DNA of 23,402 bases from a bacterium (GCA_043801585.1 JAZDLX010000116.1:1-23402), one strand, 5' to 3'; positions 1 to 10,084 are shown, counted from the first letter of the stretch. A program made the numbers and translations. Notes: generated from the letters alone by a model not told the origin.

Positions 1-1227
1 CGTATCCCCGCCGTTGTTAAGCGATGGCCAACTGCCCGGTACGAGCACGATGACGCCCGGTGGCAATCCCGGCCAGGTGAGCAGCAACGAGTCCGCCGCC
101 AGAACCATTACGCTGTCCGGTTCCAGAAAAGACGACGCGGACCGAATGCGTCCTTTGGTCCCCGAGGCATCCGAAAGAACCCACTGCACTAATGGAACGG
201 CATGAACGCTCCGGTTGACGATTTCCACCCATTCCACGTCCACCATCGAGGGCGGATCCGGCATCACCTCCACGATGCGAAGCGTTCCCACCGGATAGGG
301 CAGCTCGACCGCCAAACTCAACGAATCGTTCGCGGGGCGATCATCCGGCGGCGTCAGCCAAAGCTCCAGCAAATACCCGCCACCCGGACAGCGAGGAAAC
401 TCCCAGCCGGTCACCAGCACCTCGCTAACCTCGAGAGCGGTGATCTCCGTCGCATCCTCCACCTCCGTGGCCCCCAGGGTGTCCGCGAGATGGACGTGCA
501 GCAAACGGCCAAGCTGCGATACTCCGGTACCGAAATTGCGCACATGCACGGTCAACGTGAGGAGCGAATCCCTCCCGGCAGCCACTCCCACGTAGGCCGT
601 GTCAAGCGCCAGATCGTGCGGGAGCGGCGTGACACTGTTGACATATCCCGGCGTTCCCCCCTGCGAGGAGAACGCCCAGTTGTCGTCCCCTTCACCACCG
701 TTGGGATCGATCCGTTCCTCGCTCACTCCTCCCGGCGGATTCGGCCGGTAGGTTCGGGAAGAGACCGTTGAACCCGTCCGGTTGATCAGTCTCACGGTCT
801 GTGAAACGGAATTGCTCAGGCCGCCCGATCCAATGGCGGCATCGTCCACGGAAAGGCGGAGTGCTTCGTCCGGAATCCGTCCGGCGTACAGCTCGTTCCC
901 GTCGCTTCCATAGCCGCTTTCGAGGATGATCGCATACCCGCCCGCGGACAATGTCATGTTGACACCGTCCGGCTTGGGGCGAAGCGTATCCTCGCCGTTG
1001 TCGTTGGCGATCAGCCAATCGTGCAGATCGACCGCCAGCAAACCGGCGTTGAACAGTTCGACGTATTCGGTGTAGGTGTCCGTTCCTTCGGGATTGGCCA
1101 TGATTTCGTTAATCACGACCTGGGCGTGCAATTGACAAGGAAAGCCGACGGCGAGAAGAAGAGCTCCCACCATTGACGGTGCTGGAGGAATACCCGTCAG
1201 GAAAGGTCTACGAAGAGAACTCTTCAT
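1..1227 (-). CDS. Secreted lamin tail domain (LTD) protein, 3'-truncated by the window edge (>=409 aa)
   Basis: Manually translated; absent from the ORF track because it has no stop in the window. ATG at 1227: MKSSLRRPFLTGIPPAPSMVGALLLAVGFPCQLHA|QVVINEIMANPEGTDTYTEYVELFNAG... This is a signal peptide plus the LTD motif (INEI..NP...EyVELyN), with GGTPGYVNS closing the first LTD. An Ig/CARDB-like segment (DLAL...VRNFG...DDRPAND) follows, then a second LTD (LRIVEVMPDP...EWVEIVN...SLNNGGD). The frame is open to base 1. Confidence 0.85.
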   Translation of the reverse strand, partial: MKSSLRRPFLTGIPPAPSMVGALLLAVGFPCQLHAQVVINEIMANPEGTDTYTEYVELFNAGLLAVDLHDWLIANDNGEDTLRPKPDGVNMTLSAGGYAIILESGYGSDGNELYAGRIPDEALRLSVDDAAIGSGGLSNSVSQTVRLINRTGSTVSSRTYRPNPPGGVSEERIDPNGGEGDDNWAFSSQGGTPGYVNSVTPLPHDLALDTAYVGVAAGRDSLLTLTVHVRNFGTGVSQLGRLLHVHLADTLGATEVEDATEITALEVSEVLVTGWEFPRCPGGGYLLELWLTPPDDRPANDSLSLAVELPYPVGTLRIVEVMPDPPSMVDVEWVEIVNRSVHAVPLVQWVLSDASGTKGRIRSASSFLEPDSVMVLAADSLLLTWPGLPPGVIVLVPGSWPSLNNGGDT

Positions 1228-1266
1228 ACCGCTGGATGACCGTATAGTGAGAATATCGTGCCCATC

Positions 1267-2322
1267 TCACGCTAGAGTTGAGACGGATGTTGCATGAGCG
1301 GCGTCCCGCAGAGCGATCTCAACAAATCGATTCATGAGAGCTGAAAAATCAAGTCCGGAGGCCGCCGCGGCCATGGGAACAAGTGAGAGATCCGTCATTC
1401 CGGGCAGTGTGTTGACCTCCAGAAAGTAGAGTGCCCCATCATCACGCAACTTCCAGTCCACTCGTGCGATGTGGCGGCATCCCAGTTCTGCGAAGATCAT
1501 TTCGGACATTTCACGGGCCGGTAGTTCGGACTCCTCGGGAATCGGGGCTGGACAGATGTACTCCGTCTCACCCTGCGTGTATTTGCGCGTGTAATCGTAA
1601 AGTCCGGTCTTCGGACGGATCTCCAGCACCGGCAATGCTTCTCCGTCGAGAACGGTGACGGTCAATTCACGGCCCGGAATATACTCTTCGATCAGGGCAT
1701 CGTCGTTCCAGGAATGCGCCTGATGAACCGTTTTGCAGAAAATGTCAAGTTTATCGGTGATCGCAAGCCCCACCGTCGACCCGGCCGTATTGGGTTTGAC
1801 CACCACCGGTAAAAACAGGTCCTCCCCCGGGAGTCGAGCGAAAACCGCTTCCGGGTCTTCCCCGCGCCGAACCAGTTTGCCATAGGGGATGCGGATGCCG
1901 TTATGCAGGGCCACCCCACGTGTCATCCACTTGTTCATGGCCAGTGCGCTTGCCAGCGGTCCACTACCCAGGTAGGGAAAACCGTGCAACTCGAGCAGGG
2001 ATTGGATGCGACCATCCTCTCCCCAACCTCCGTGCAGGATGGGCACAACGAGATCCGGCGATTCGGCGATCAGAGTGTCGATGAGCAACCGCCATCCCCG
2101 GGCGTCGAGGTGGGATTCACGGACTTCTTCGTCCGTGGCCATTCCGGGACGGCCGTCGAAGAATTCGACTGTTGCATCAACCACCCTGGAGGGGTTGGCG
2201 GTGTCCATCTTGCGAACATCGTGACCCGCCTTCGCGAGACCGCGAGCCACGGCATCGCCCCCCCTTAACGAAACGCGCCGTTCAAAAGTCTCCCCCCCGC
2301 ACAGCACCAGCACTTTCGCCAT
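1267..2322 (-). CDS. ddl: D-alanine--D-alanine ligase
   Basis: Motifs VLCGG..ER.VSL, LHGGWGEDG.IQ, GSG.LASALAMNK, VVKP..GS.VG, EEYIPGRELTV, YDYTRKY, RVDW and LEVNTLPGMT.SL.P. Start placed at ATG 2322 (MAKVLVL), preceded by GAGGAGG/GGAG. Confidence 0.95.
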   Translation of the reverse strand: MAKVLVLCGGETFERRVSLRGGDAVARGLAKAGHDVRKMDTANPSRVVDATVEFFDGRPGMATDEEVRESHLDARGWRLLIDTLIAESPDLVVPILHGGWGEDGRIQSLLELHGFPYLGSGPLASALAMNKWMTRGVALHNGIRIPYGKLVRRGEDPEAVFARLPGEDLFLPVVVKPNTAGSTVGLAITDKLDIFCKTVHQAHSWNDDALIEEYIPGRELTVTVLDGEALPVLEIRPKTGLYDYTRKYTQGETEYICPAPIPEESELPAREMSEMIFAELGCRHIARVDWKLRDDGALYFLEVNTLPGMTDLSLVPMAAAASGLDFSALMNRFVEIALRDAAHATSVSTLA

Positions 2323-2344
2323 CTCCGGCCTCCTCAATCTTCTC

Positions 2345-5056
2345 TCATTCATCAGAGGAAGACTGGTTGTCTGCGACCTTCACGATCATCAGGGTCAAAT
2401 CATCCTGGGCCGCTCGTTCATCTCCCGCGTAAGATCGAACCTCTCTGAGCACGCTGTCCACAATCACCCAGGGATCCTCGTCGCGTCGACGCTTCAGTAC
2501 ATCGATAATTCGCTGGCTTCCGAATTCAAAGTCCTTCTCATCCATGGCTTCCGTCAAGCCATCCGAGTAGATCCCCAGCAGGTCTCCGTTTTTAAGTAGA
2601 ACGGAACCCTCTTCGTAGGTTGCATTCGGTTTCACGCCGAGCAGCAGTCCGCCCGTGGAAAGTTTTTCCACACGTCCATCCCGCAACAGAATGGGGGTAT
2701 CATGACCAGCGTTGACATAGGACATCGTCATGGTAACGCAATCGATTTTTGCAAGGAAACAGGTAATGAACATTTCAGGCGTCGAATTGCGCCAGATCTG
2801 GCGGTTCAGTTCCGCAGTCACAGCCGAGAGTGAAATCTTCTGCATGCTCAGCACATGCAGATTTGCCTGCAGGTTGCTCATCAGAATCGCCGCACCCACT
2901 CCCTTGCCGGAAACGTCTCCGAGTGCGAGCATGATACCCTGATCCTCGATCTGAAAGGCGTCGTAATAATCGCCCCCCACCTCCAGGGCAGGATCGGAAC
3001 GTGCGGCAATTGTCAGCCTGTCGGTGGACGGCAGGGTCGAGGGAAGAAGCTGCAACTGGATCTGTCGGGCGATCTGGATTTCCCGTTCGAGTCGCTCTTT
3101 TTCGCCAACCTCGATGATCATCCGCTTCAGATCCGCCGTCATCCGGTTGAAACTCGCTGCAAGTTCCCCCAATTCATCGCGGCTGCGGACTTCGATCACC
3201 GTGTCGAGATCTCCTCGGCGTAACCGTTCCGTCCCTGTCCTCAGGGATGTAACAGATGATGTGATGGTCCGTGTAATCCCGAAACCCAGAACCGAGGAGA
3301 AAATGACGGCCAGCAGAAACATGATTCCGAGGACGAGGATCACCAGCAGGGTCACGTAGTTGACTCCCGATGCGGTGTAGAGCGATCCGAAGAGTCCTGC
3401 GAGCGAGGTGCTCACGGTGATCAGGCCGAGTGTTTGCGTCGAGACACCGTCGCTGCGGGGCCAACTCTGGAGTTCCGTGAATCCATGATAGAGATGGCGG
3501 TGAAACAGATCCTCTGTTTCGCTGGTAAAGGTTTTAATCGCCTGCATGTTCCGCCAGAGTGGATCCTCGAACTCGGAGAATTCAGCGCGAACATCGCCTG
3601 TATTCGTCCTGCCGATCGAAAGACTGGAGTAGGGTGTTACCTTGACTTCCACTCCCACCAGTGATGAATACTCCTTCAAGGTGCGCTCGTTCAACGGCCT
3701 CAACGCAACATTCACGATTGACGACCCGGGAATACGCATCAGGGCTGCAGCGTATGCAGTCCGGCCGTTCCCCATCGGAAGAATACCATGCCGCGCCATC
3801 GTCGTGTCCGACCATCCGGGAAACGCAGGGAGTGTATCGGGAAGTGCCCAAAGCGCCGGTGACCGTGACAAAAGCACCCACACCTCGCGAGGAGCAGTTG
3901 ATGTCGTGTCCCGAACGGACAAACCCTCCGGTTCCGCCTGGGTCGTTGCGAGTGGAATCTCCCCCGACGCCCCCTGCATTGTGATTCCACCTGTCGGAAT
4001 ACTTTTCGGGGTCGGGGGGGGTGGCACTTTTTCCGCCTGTTCTATCAGCACCCGAGAGTAGAATCCCGCTGCGACACTGTCCGCCGGAGCGAACGTATCG
4101 ATTCGACGTTGAAATAATGCCGTCTCCAGCCCCTCAAGGTCGTCGTAGATGAGATTCCTTACCATCCGCGCGCGCATGGTTCCGATTCCCAGATAGACGG
4201 TGAGCGCGAGCAGCAGAAGTAGCAGGATGCCTGGAATGATTGTGCTGAACATGTAGGTCAGCGCAAGCTTCAGCGAGATGGGAATGCGCAAACCGAAATT
4301 ACCCTGGAAAAAAGCGGCGGCGATGCGCAACGGAACCATCACCCAATAGAGCGCCAGGTAACGTTGAACGATAATAAAAAGTGGACTATAGACAAGATCG
4401 TTAAGATCGGAAACTCCGCTAGGGATGATGGATGTGACGACATTCTCCGGATAGGTCATCTGCGTATGCGCTGCGAAGACGATCATCGCCAGGGGAGCCA
4501 TCACGAGTAGTCCGATCGCGGACCATCCCCATTTCCCCGTCAACTCATCCATCCACCCCAGCGGGACGGCAACAAGAATCACGTAAAGGCCTGCAATCCA
4601 GATCAGCAAGGGAGGGGATTCGAAGAAAGCCAGGGCTGCGGTGAGCACAAAAGCGATCACAACCCTGCGGCGGCGGCGCATCCAGAGCGAACCACCAAGG
4701 CGGATAACGCTCCACAGGTTCCAGGCAATACCGATGGCCAGGACGACTCTCGTGAGCAGCAGCCAGCCGATTCGCCCGGCTATCACCAGGTCAATAGCGA
4801 TCTGCGCGGAAAGGACGGAAACGATTGTCTGCAACAGCGCGAAGAAAAGGACACCAAATGCAAGTCGGCCCATTTCGCCGCGAAGAGTTCTTGCGGGCGC
4901 AATCCGTCCGACAAGCACCATCGCGAACGCCAATGCAAAAACGTCAAACAACTGGCGAACATGGATATTGGTGTAGCCACGCTGAAAGACCTGAAGCGCC
5001 AACAAGGCCCCCAGGACAACTGCAACTGCGATGGCCATCTGCCGTGTTCGCATCAT
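2345..5056 (-). CDS. Multi-pass membrane PP2C/SpoIIE (RsbU-like) Ser/Thr phosphatase with HAMP domain
   Basis: About 8-10 N-terminal hydrophobic helices, an extracytoplasmic region, a TM helix, and a HAMP (GTERLRRGDL...SRDELGELAASFNRM). ERLEREIQIARQIQ leads into the SpoIIE motifs GGDYYD, DVSGKG, NAGH, YSDGL and DDLT. Confidence 0.92.
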   Translation of the reverse strand: MMRTRQMAIAVAVVLGALLALQVFQRGYTNIHVRQLFDVFALAFAMVLVGRIAPARTLRGEMGRLAFGVLFFALLQTIVSVLSAQIAIDLVIAGRIGWLLLTRVVLAIGIAWNLWSVIRLGGSLWMRRRRRVVIAFVLTAALAFFESPPLLIWIAGLYVILVAVPLGWMDELTGKWGWSAIGLLVMAPLAMIVFAAHTQMTYPENVVTSIIPSGVSDLNDLVYSPLFIIVQRYLALYWVMVPLRIAAAFFQGNFGLRIPISLKLALTYMFSTIIPGILLLLLLALTVYLGIGTMRARMVRNLIYDDLEGLETALFQRRIDTFAPADSVAAGFYSRVLIEQAEKVPPPPTPKSIPTGGITMQGASGEIPLATTQAEPEGLSVRDTTSTAPREVWVLLSRSPALWALPDTLPAFPGWSDTTMARHGILPMGNGRTAYAAALMRIPGSSIVNVALRPLNERTLKEYSSLVGVEVKVTPYSSLSIGRTNTGDVRAEFSEFEDPLWRNMQAIKTFTSETEDLFHRHLYHGFTELQSWPRSDGVSTQTLGLITVSTSLAGLFGSLYTASGVNYVTLLVILVLGIMFLLAVIFSSVLGFGITRTITSSVTSLRTGTERLRRGDLDTVIEVRSRDELGELAASFNRMTADLKRMIIEVGEKERLEREIQIARQIQLQLLPSTLPSTDRLTIAARSDPALEVGGDYYDAFQIEDQGIMLALGDVSGKGVGAAILMSNLQANLHVLSMQKISLSAVTAELNRQIWRNSTPEMFITCFLAKIDCVTMTMSYVNAGHDTPILLRDGRVEKLSTGGLLLGVKPNATYEEGSVLLKNGDLLGIYSDGLTEAMDEKDFEFGSQRIIDVLKRRRDEDPWVIVDSVLREVRSYAGDERAAQDDLTLMIVKVADNQSSSDE

Positions 5057-5098
5057 TTCGCTTCCAACATGAACCGGACGTGAATTTGAAGCCTACAT

Positions 5099-5578
5099 CT
5101 ATTGCCTGAGACCGCTGATCATCCGGCTGGGGTGCAGCAGAAGATCCAGAGCGTCAACCGGTGATGAGACAACGAGCGATGCCGACGCAATGGCCTTACC
5201 CGCGGCGCCTTCCCGGCCGAGCACGACGATGGAAAGCGTTGCCGTTTCAACGCCACCCACATCGTTGGCCCCATTGCCAAGAAAAACGACTCCCGGACCA
5301 AGGGCTTCCGCGAACGTCCGCTTTGCCGCGGCTTCTTCGCCCGGTTCCCTTCCTGTTTCAACAATCTTTACCGAAACAGGCAATGTGGCGAGCTCATCCT
5401 GTGCCGTACCCACCGTATCGGATGTCAAAACCGTGACAGGCACCACCTTGGCCAGGCGCACCAATCTCTCCGCGACCCCTTCCACCAACCTTCCATCCAC
5501 CGCGAGCGTACCGTTGAAATCGCAGACAAGATGATTCAATTCAACAGGAACGCTGCCGGGAAGTGGGATCCGAATCAT
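5099..5578 (-). CDS. HAD-superfamily hydrolase, soluble P-type ATPase-like
   Basis: HAD motif I DFNGTLA, motif II LTSDT and motif III/IV K...GNGANDV; C-terminal LDLLLHP.R..G.LR. 159 aa. The start overlaps the SDR stop (ATGA). Confidence 0.85.
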   Translation of the reverse strand: MIRIPLPGSVPVELNHLVCDFNGTLAVDGRLVEGVAERLVRLAKVVPVTVLTSDTVGTAQDELATLPVSVKIVETGREPGEEAAAKRTFAEALGPGVVFLGNGANDVGGVETATLSIVVLGREGAAGKAIASASLVVSSPVDALDLLLHPSRMISGLRQ

Positions 5579-6441
5579 GTTTCTTCCGCCGCCTCATTGA
5601 AACCAAAAGATCTGCCCAGCAGCTTGTCCATCAGACGTTCTGGAAGCAGACTCGCGAGGAGTGGCGCAATGTGAGCAATCCAATGGACGGGATAACGTGC
5701 ACTCGGATAGGGCTCCTCAACAGCTTTCAGAACTTTCCACGCGACAGTGGAGGGAGACCACAACATTCCGCTCGAAAAATATCCGCCCTTGAGAAAACGC
5801 CGATAGTAGGGCGCATACGGCGACCCGCTGTTCGTCAGTTGTCGCCGCGATATGTCCTTCGCCGTGCGTCCGAATTTTGTCCGGATCGGTCCCGGTTCCA
5901 CAAGCGAAACATGGATGTTCCAGGGTTTCACTTCGATCCTCAGGGCATCCGTCCATCCTTCGAGGGCATGCTTGCTCGAGGCATAAAGGCCGCTGATGGG
6001 AAATGCGACACGGCCGACAACCGAGGAGATGTTGATGATTCGTCCTCGCCGCCGCCGCCGCATGTCCGGCAGAACCAGTCTGGCGAGGGCAAGGGGTGCA
6101 AACACGTTGACATCGAACAGATCACGAACCTGATGCATCGGCACCTCTTCCACCACTCCCCGCAGTCCGTAGCCGGCGTTATTGATCAAGACGTCAACAG
6201 AGCCCAGATCGCGAACGATACGGGCGTGAACATCTTCCCTTGCGATTGGGTCAGTAACATCCAGGGGGTAGGCGTGAAGGTCCTCTCTCCGTCGAGCGAG
6301 TTTCTCCAGCTTCCGTTCATCGCGGGCGCTCACGGCAACATTCCAGCCGCGCCGGGCGAGCAGAAGCGCCGACGCCCAGCCGATACCGCTGGATGCACCT
6401 GTGACCCAGACAACTCCCTGCTCCCTCTCTGCTTGTTCCAC
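5575..6441 (-). CDS. Short-chain dehydrogenase/reductase (classical SDR)
   Basis: TGASSGIG Rossmann motif, NNAG, catalytic S...YASSK and VEPGPIRT. GTG start 1 nt after the yitJ stop. Confidence 0.93.
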   Translation of the reverse strand: MEQAEREQGVVWVTGASSGIGWASALLLARRGWNVAVSARDERKLEKLARRREDLHAYPLDVTDPIAREDVHARIVRDLGSVDVLINNAGYGLRGVVEEVPMHQVRDLFDVNVFAPLALARLVLPDMRRRRRGRIINISSVVGRVAFPISGLYASSKHALEGWTDALRIEVKPWNIHVSLVEPGPIRTKFGRTAKDISRRQLTNSGSPYAPYYRRFLKGGYFSSGMLWSPSTVAWKVLKAVEEPYPSARYPVHWIAHIAPLLASLLPERLMDKLLGRSFGFNEAAEET

Positions 6442-6442
6442 T

Positions 6443-8374
6443 CTATTCCCCCTTCCGCTTCTTCATTTTCTTCATCACGGCCTCTGCTTTATCCAGACCC
6501 ATCCTTCCAGGCAGCACACTGACGGTTTCGATGGCCATCTCAACCCGTCCAAAGGGAGGGATGATATAAGCGCCTTGTACGCGTTCCTTGACAGCGAGTA
6601 GCGCCTCCTGGGCAATGGCGATCCCTTCCGCCTGAGCATTTTCCCGACTTTCATCGGAAACGACACGCATTCGTTCACGGATGGCTGCCGGAACACTCAT
6701 CCCCGGAACTTCGTTGTGATAGAACTCGGCGTTGCGGAACGAAGCAAGGGGAAGGATGCCGACGAGCAGAGGGACATCGGCCTTTCCCATCAACTCCAGG
6801 GCGGCAAAAAACTTCTCCTGGTCGAAAACAGGCTGAGTCAGGATGAATTCCGCCCCCGCTTCAATTTTCTGATGAAGTCTGTCAACTTCGAGATGTATGT
6901 CGATTGCGCCGGGATTGAATCCCGCTCCGAGGAAAAAGTGGGTCGGCTCCGAGATCGGATTACCCGCCAGATCCTGGCTCCGGTTAAGCCGGCTCGCGAT
7001 TCGCAACAGGCCGATGGCATCCACGTCAAAGACAGCCGTTGCCATCGGGTAATCCCCAAGTTTTGGGGGATCACCCGTGACACACAGGATATTGTCCAGA
7101 TCAAGAGCCTCACAACCGAGCAGATCGGACTGCATACCGAGGATGTTCCGGTCCCTGCACGTGTAGTGCAGCAGCACATCCATGCTCGTTCTGGATTTGA
7201 TGATGTGCGCCAGTGCCATTGGGGACATCCTTGCCGAAGCACGAGGACCGTCGGGAATATTGACCACATCGATCCCGGCCGCTTTCAGCAGACGAACCTG
7301 TTCGATAATCTTTTCAGGTGTTGCGCTGCGTGGCGGATGGAGTTCGCAGGAAACCGGAAACTTCCCCTCGTCGAGAAGCCTGCCCAACGCCGACCGCTCC
7401 CCACGCGGTGGGATGGGAACCACCTTCGCGCCCTCTTTGCTCTCCTCAAGGACCTCGCGCATTCCCAGCGCCACTGCGACTTTGCCCTGCGGCTGAAGCG
7501 CACGAATCGCAGAGGCCATGTACTTGATGTGCTGCGGTCCCGTTCCGCAACATCCGCCGATGAAGCGCACGCCGTTCTGGATTAAACGCTTTGCGTATTC
7601 CGCGAAGTATTCCGGCGTTGAGAGATAAAGAATTCGTCCCTCGACCAATTTCGGTTCGCCGGCGTTTGCAAAGGCCGCAAGAGGCTTGGTCGTCAACTCG
7701 CGGATCTTCTGAATCCCTTCAAGGATGGTCTGGGGACCCGTTGAACAGTTGAGGCCGATCACCTCACAGGGTTGGGTTGCGAGGGTTGCGGCAATCTGCT
7801 CGGGTGTGCGTCCATAGGCGGTCATGCCCGTGTGGTCAATGGTCATCATCGCCACAACGGGCAGGTCGGCGTCTACCGATTTCACCGCCTGGATAGCGAG
7901 CACGATTTCATTCAAATCGAGAAACGTCTCGAGAATGATCAGGTCCACTCCACCTGCAACAAGACCCTTTGTTTGAGAAACAAAGGCCTTCCGCGCCTCT
8001 TCCTCCGTCACCTTTCCCATCGGCGCGATCGGTTTCCCAAGCGGACCGATGGATCCCGCGACATACACCCCGGCCGCCTCGTCGGCACACCGTCTCGCTA
8101 TAGACGCCCCCGCCTGGTTGATCTCGAACGATTTGTCCGCCAATCCATACTTGCCAAGTTTGATCGAACTGGCACCAAAGGTGTTGGTTTCAATGACTTG
8201 TGCGCCTGCCTGGATGTAATCGCGATGGACAGCCTTGACCAGGTGGGCATCCGTAAGATTGAGGTCGTCGTAGTTTCGGTTGATGTAGACACCCCGCTCA
8301 TAGAGCTGGGTCCCCATGGCTCCATCGCCAAGAATCACACCTCGTTCCAGCCTCTCCAGAAATGAATAGGACAT
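6443..8374 (-). CDS. yitJ: Bifunctional homocysteine S-methyltransferase / 5,10-methylenetetrahydrofolate reductase (YitJ-like)
   Basis: N-terminal Hcy-MT domain: GDGAMGT, ETNTFGA, AGSIGP, ILETF, Zn ligands GLNC and GGCCG. C-terminal MTHFR domain: ELHPP, NIPDGP, HYTCRDRN, VTGDPP, TQPVFD. The real start is MSYSFLERL at ATG 8374, preceded by GAGAGGAAGAAG; the 855-aa ORF is over-extended. Confidence 0.92.
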   Translation of the reverse strand: MSYSFLERLERGVILGDGAMGTQLYERGVYINRNYDDLNLTDAHLVKAVHRDYIQAGAQVIETNTFGASSIKLGKYGLADKSFEINQAGASIARRCADEAAGVYVAGSIGPLGKPIAPMGKVTEEEARKAFVSQTKGLVAGGVDLIILETFLDLNEIVLAIQAVKSVDADLPVVAMMTIDHTGMTAYGRTPEQIAATLATQPCEVIGLNCSTGPQTILEGIQKIRELTTKPLAAFANAGEPKLVEGRILYLSTPEYFAEYAKRLIQNGVRFIGGCCGTGPQHIKYMASAIRALQPQGKVAVALGMREVLEESKEGAKVVPIPPRGERSALGRLLDEGKFPVSCELHPPRSATPEKIIEQVRLLKAAGIDVVNIPDGPRASARMSPMALAHIIKSRTSMDVLLHYTCRDRNILGMQSDLLGCEALDLDNILCVTGDPPKLGDYPMATAVFDVDAIGLLRIASRLNRSQDLAGNPISEPTHFFLGAGFNPGAIDIHLEVDRLHQKIEAGAEFILTQPVFDQEKFFAALELMGKADVPLLVGILPLASFRNAEFYHNEVPGMSVPAAIRERMRVVSDESRENAQAEGIAIAQEALLAVKERVQGAYIIPPFGRVEMAIETVSVLPGRMGLDKAEAVMKKMKKRKGE

Positions 8375-8542
8375 CTTCTTCCTCTCACAGCCGATGTATT
8401 GCTGGATCCCCTGAACGGAAGCTACTGAAGTAAGACAAGTTACAGACCTCCGATGGACAGGGCAACGGCATCGATTGCCTTCGTTTATACCGCGAGGCGC
8501 AATTTCACTGCATCCAGTAACAACCGATGACTCAAACGCCAG

Positions 8543-9094
8543 GTGAGGCAACGGCTTTATGAGACGGGGTTGGCGCTCTTCCGGCAACAGGGTGTCGCCG
8601 CGACGACAGTCGAGCAGATCACTCGAGCGGCCGGAGTCGCCAAGGGGACCTTCTTCAATCACTTTCCCAGCAAAGAGAGCCTCCTCTCCTCCTTCGTGCG
8701 ATACGAAACAAATTCGATGATTGCTCAAGTCATCTCCCGTGATCTCACAGATGCCCGAAAGACTCTTCGTTTGATTGCCGAGGGTCTTGCGAGGTTGGGC
8801 ACGGAGAACGTCGACCTGATGCTCCCCTTCGCAGACCTCAAGGGTGGCGATCCCGAACTGAAGGAGCAGGAACGTGAACATGACGACGAGGTGCGCCAGA
8901 CTCTCTCCAAGCTTCTCGAGAACGACCCCGATGTGGAAGAAAAGTGGTGCCGGGAGCACGGATCGCGGTTCGTTGAAGTCGTTCTGGCAACATGGGCTGG
9001 CACGATTCATGAATGGCGGCTGACGGGCGGCAGCCTGAATCTTCGGAAGGCGCTTCTTGATCGGCTTGAATTGCTGCTTCAGTTGCTCCCGTAG
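8543..9094 (+). CDS. TetR/AcrR family transcriptional regulator
   Basis: HTH signature ALFRQQGVAATTVEQITRAAGVAKGTFFNHFPSKESLL. GTG start; the exact start is uncertain. Confidence 0.92.
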   Translation: MRQRLYETGLALFRQQGVAATTVEQITRAAGVAKGTFFNHFPSKESLLSSFVRYETNSMIAQVISRDLTDARKTLRLIAEGLARLGTENVDLMLPFADLKGGDPELKEQEREHDDEVRQTLSKLLENDPDVEEKWCREHGSRFVEVVLATWAGTIHEWRLTGGSLNLRKALLDRLELLLQLLP

Positions 9095-9173
9095 ACGTTC
9101 ATCGCCAACGACGTGAAACTGCCGGAAATACGATAACCCGTCTGGTTAGAAAGCTGACCATTGGGAGATTTGG

Positions 9174-10067
9174 ATGAAACGGATTCTACAGACCCTGCTG
9201 GAGATGGCTACTTACCTGCTCGCTGTGGGAACGGTGGCCATCATTTGCGGACAATTGCTGAAACTCCTCCTCGGATCATCGGAGGATCAACCACTGTTGA
9301 CACGTTTTCTGGCCAGCGGATTGATCATTCTGTTCAGTGTCGCTCTTGTACACTTGGTGATGAGGCGCCGGGGTTGGACCGTTTATAGTAATTCAGGATG
9401 GCACCACGGGATGGCGAACCTCCGCGCGTTGGGCGTGGGAGCGCTTGCCGGGTTCGCGATGATCGCCGTAACCCTGGCGATGTTGTTACTCTCCAGAGCA
9501 GGCCACTTCACCTCCGCTGATGGGAACACAGCTGACTATTTCCGGATGTTCTTCCCGATCTTCATCAGCATCAGCCTTCTCGCCATTGCAGAGGAGGTGA
9601 TATTCCGGGGACACATCCTTGCGAAGCTCACCTCACTGACCGGAGCAGCGTGGGCAAACATCGTCCTGTCGATTCTGTTCACCGCCGCTCATTTGGGAAA
9701 CGAGGGTTCGAGCATTCTGATCCTTTTCAACATCTTCCTTGGCTCAATGGTAATCGGCTTGGTGCGCTTCACAAGGTGGGGTGTACCGGCAGCGGGCGGT
9801 TTTCACGCTGCCTGGAACGTGACACAGGTGCTGGCCGGAGCGACCGTGTCGGGGGAGACGTTGCCAGTTCCGGCGATCCGGCTCGTGACTACGGGTTCTG
9901 GACTGATGACGGGGGGAGCTTTCGGTTCCGAGGGGAGTATTTGGGCCACCCTCGCGACCACTATGATGCTTACGGCACTCATCCTCGCTGCCTCACGGTT
10001 GGGAATCGAGCGAGCTGTCCCCACACCTTCCACGCTGTTGAATCGCGCCCTTCAGTCTGAACCATGA
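9174..10067 (+). CDS. CPBP (CAAX protease/Abi-like) intramembrane glutamic endopeptidase
   Basis: Multi-TM protein with motifs EEVIFRG, FTAAH and HAAWN, plus C-terminal TGGAFGSEGS. GGAG lies upstream of the ATG. Confidence 0.9.
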   Translation: MKRILQTLLEMATYLLAVGTVAIICGQLLKLLLGSSEDQPLLTRFLASGLIILFSVALVHLVMRRRGWTVYSNSGWHHGMANLRALGVGALAGFAMIAVTLAMLLLSRAGHFTSADGNTADYFRMFFPIFISISLLAIAEEVIFRGHILAKLTSLTGAAWANIVLSILFTAAHLGNEGSSILILFNIFLGSMVIGLVRFTRWGVPAAGGFHAAWNVTQVLAGATVSGETLPVPAIRLVTTGSGLMTGGAFGSEGSIWATLATTMMLTALILAASRLGIERAVPTPSTLLNRALQSEP

Positions 10068-10084
10068 ACCGGTGAAGGATTTGG

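Noticed and set aside
1267..2322. VanA-type D-Ala-D-Lac ligase
   Set aside because: The omega-loop YDY..KY is typical of D-Ala-D-Ala ligases, and no vanH/vanX/vanRS genes are nearby.
8375..8542. SAM-I riboswitch upstream of yitJ
   Set aside because: Expected by context, but the ATC.AGAG, GCAACC and GGTGC..ATTCC core motifs are not visible on the minus strand.
8375..9010. 212-aa N-terminal extension of the 855-aa ORF, an apparent YitJ fusion
   Set aside because: It is the antisense shadow of tetR plus intergenic DNA. YitJ homology and an SD begin at ATG 8374.
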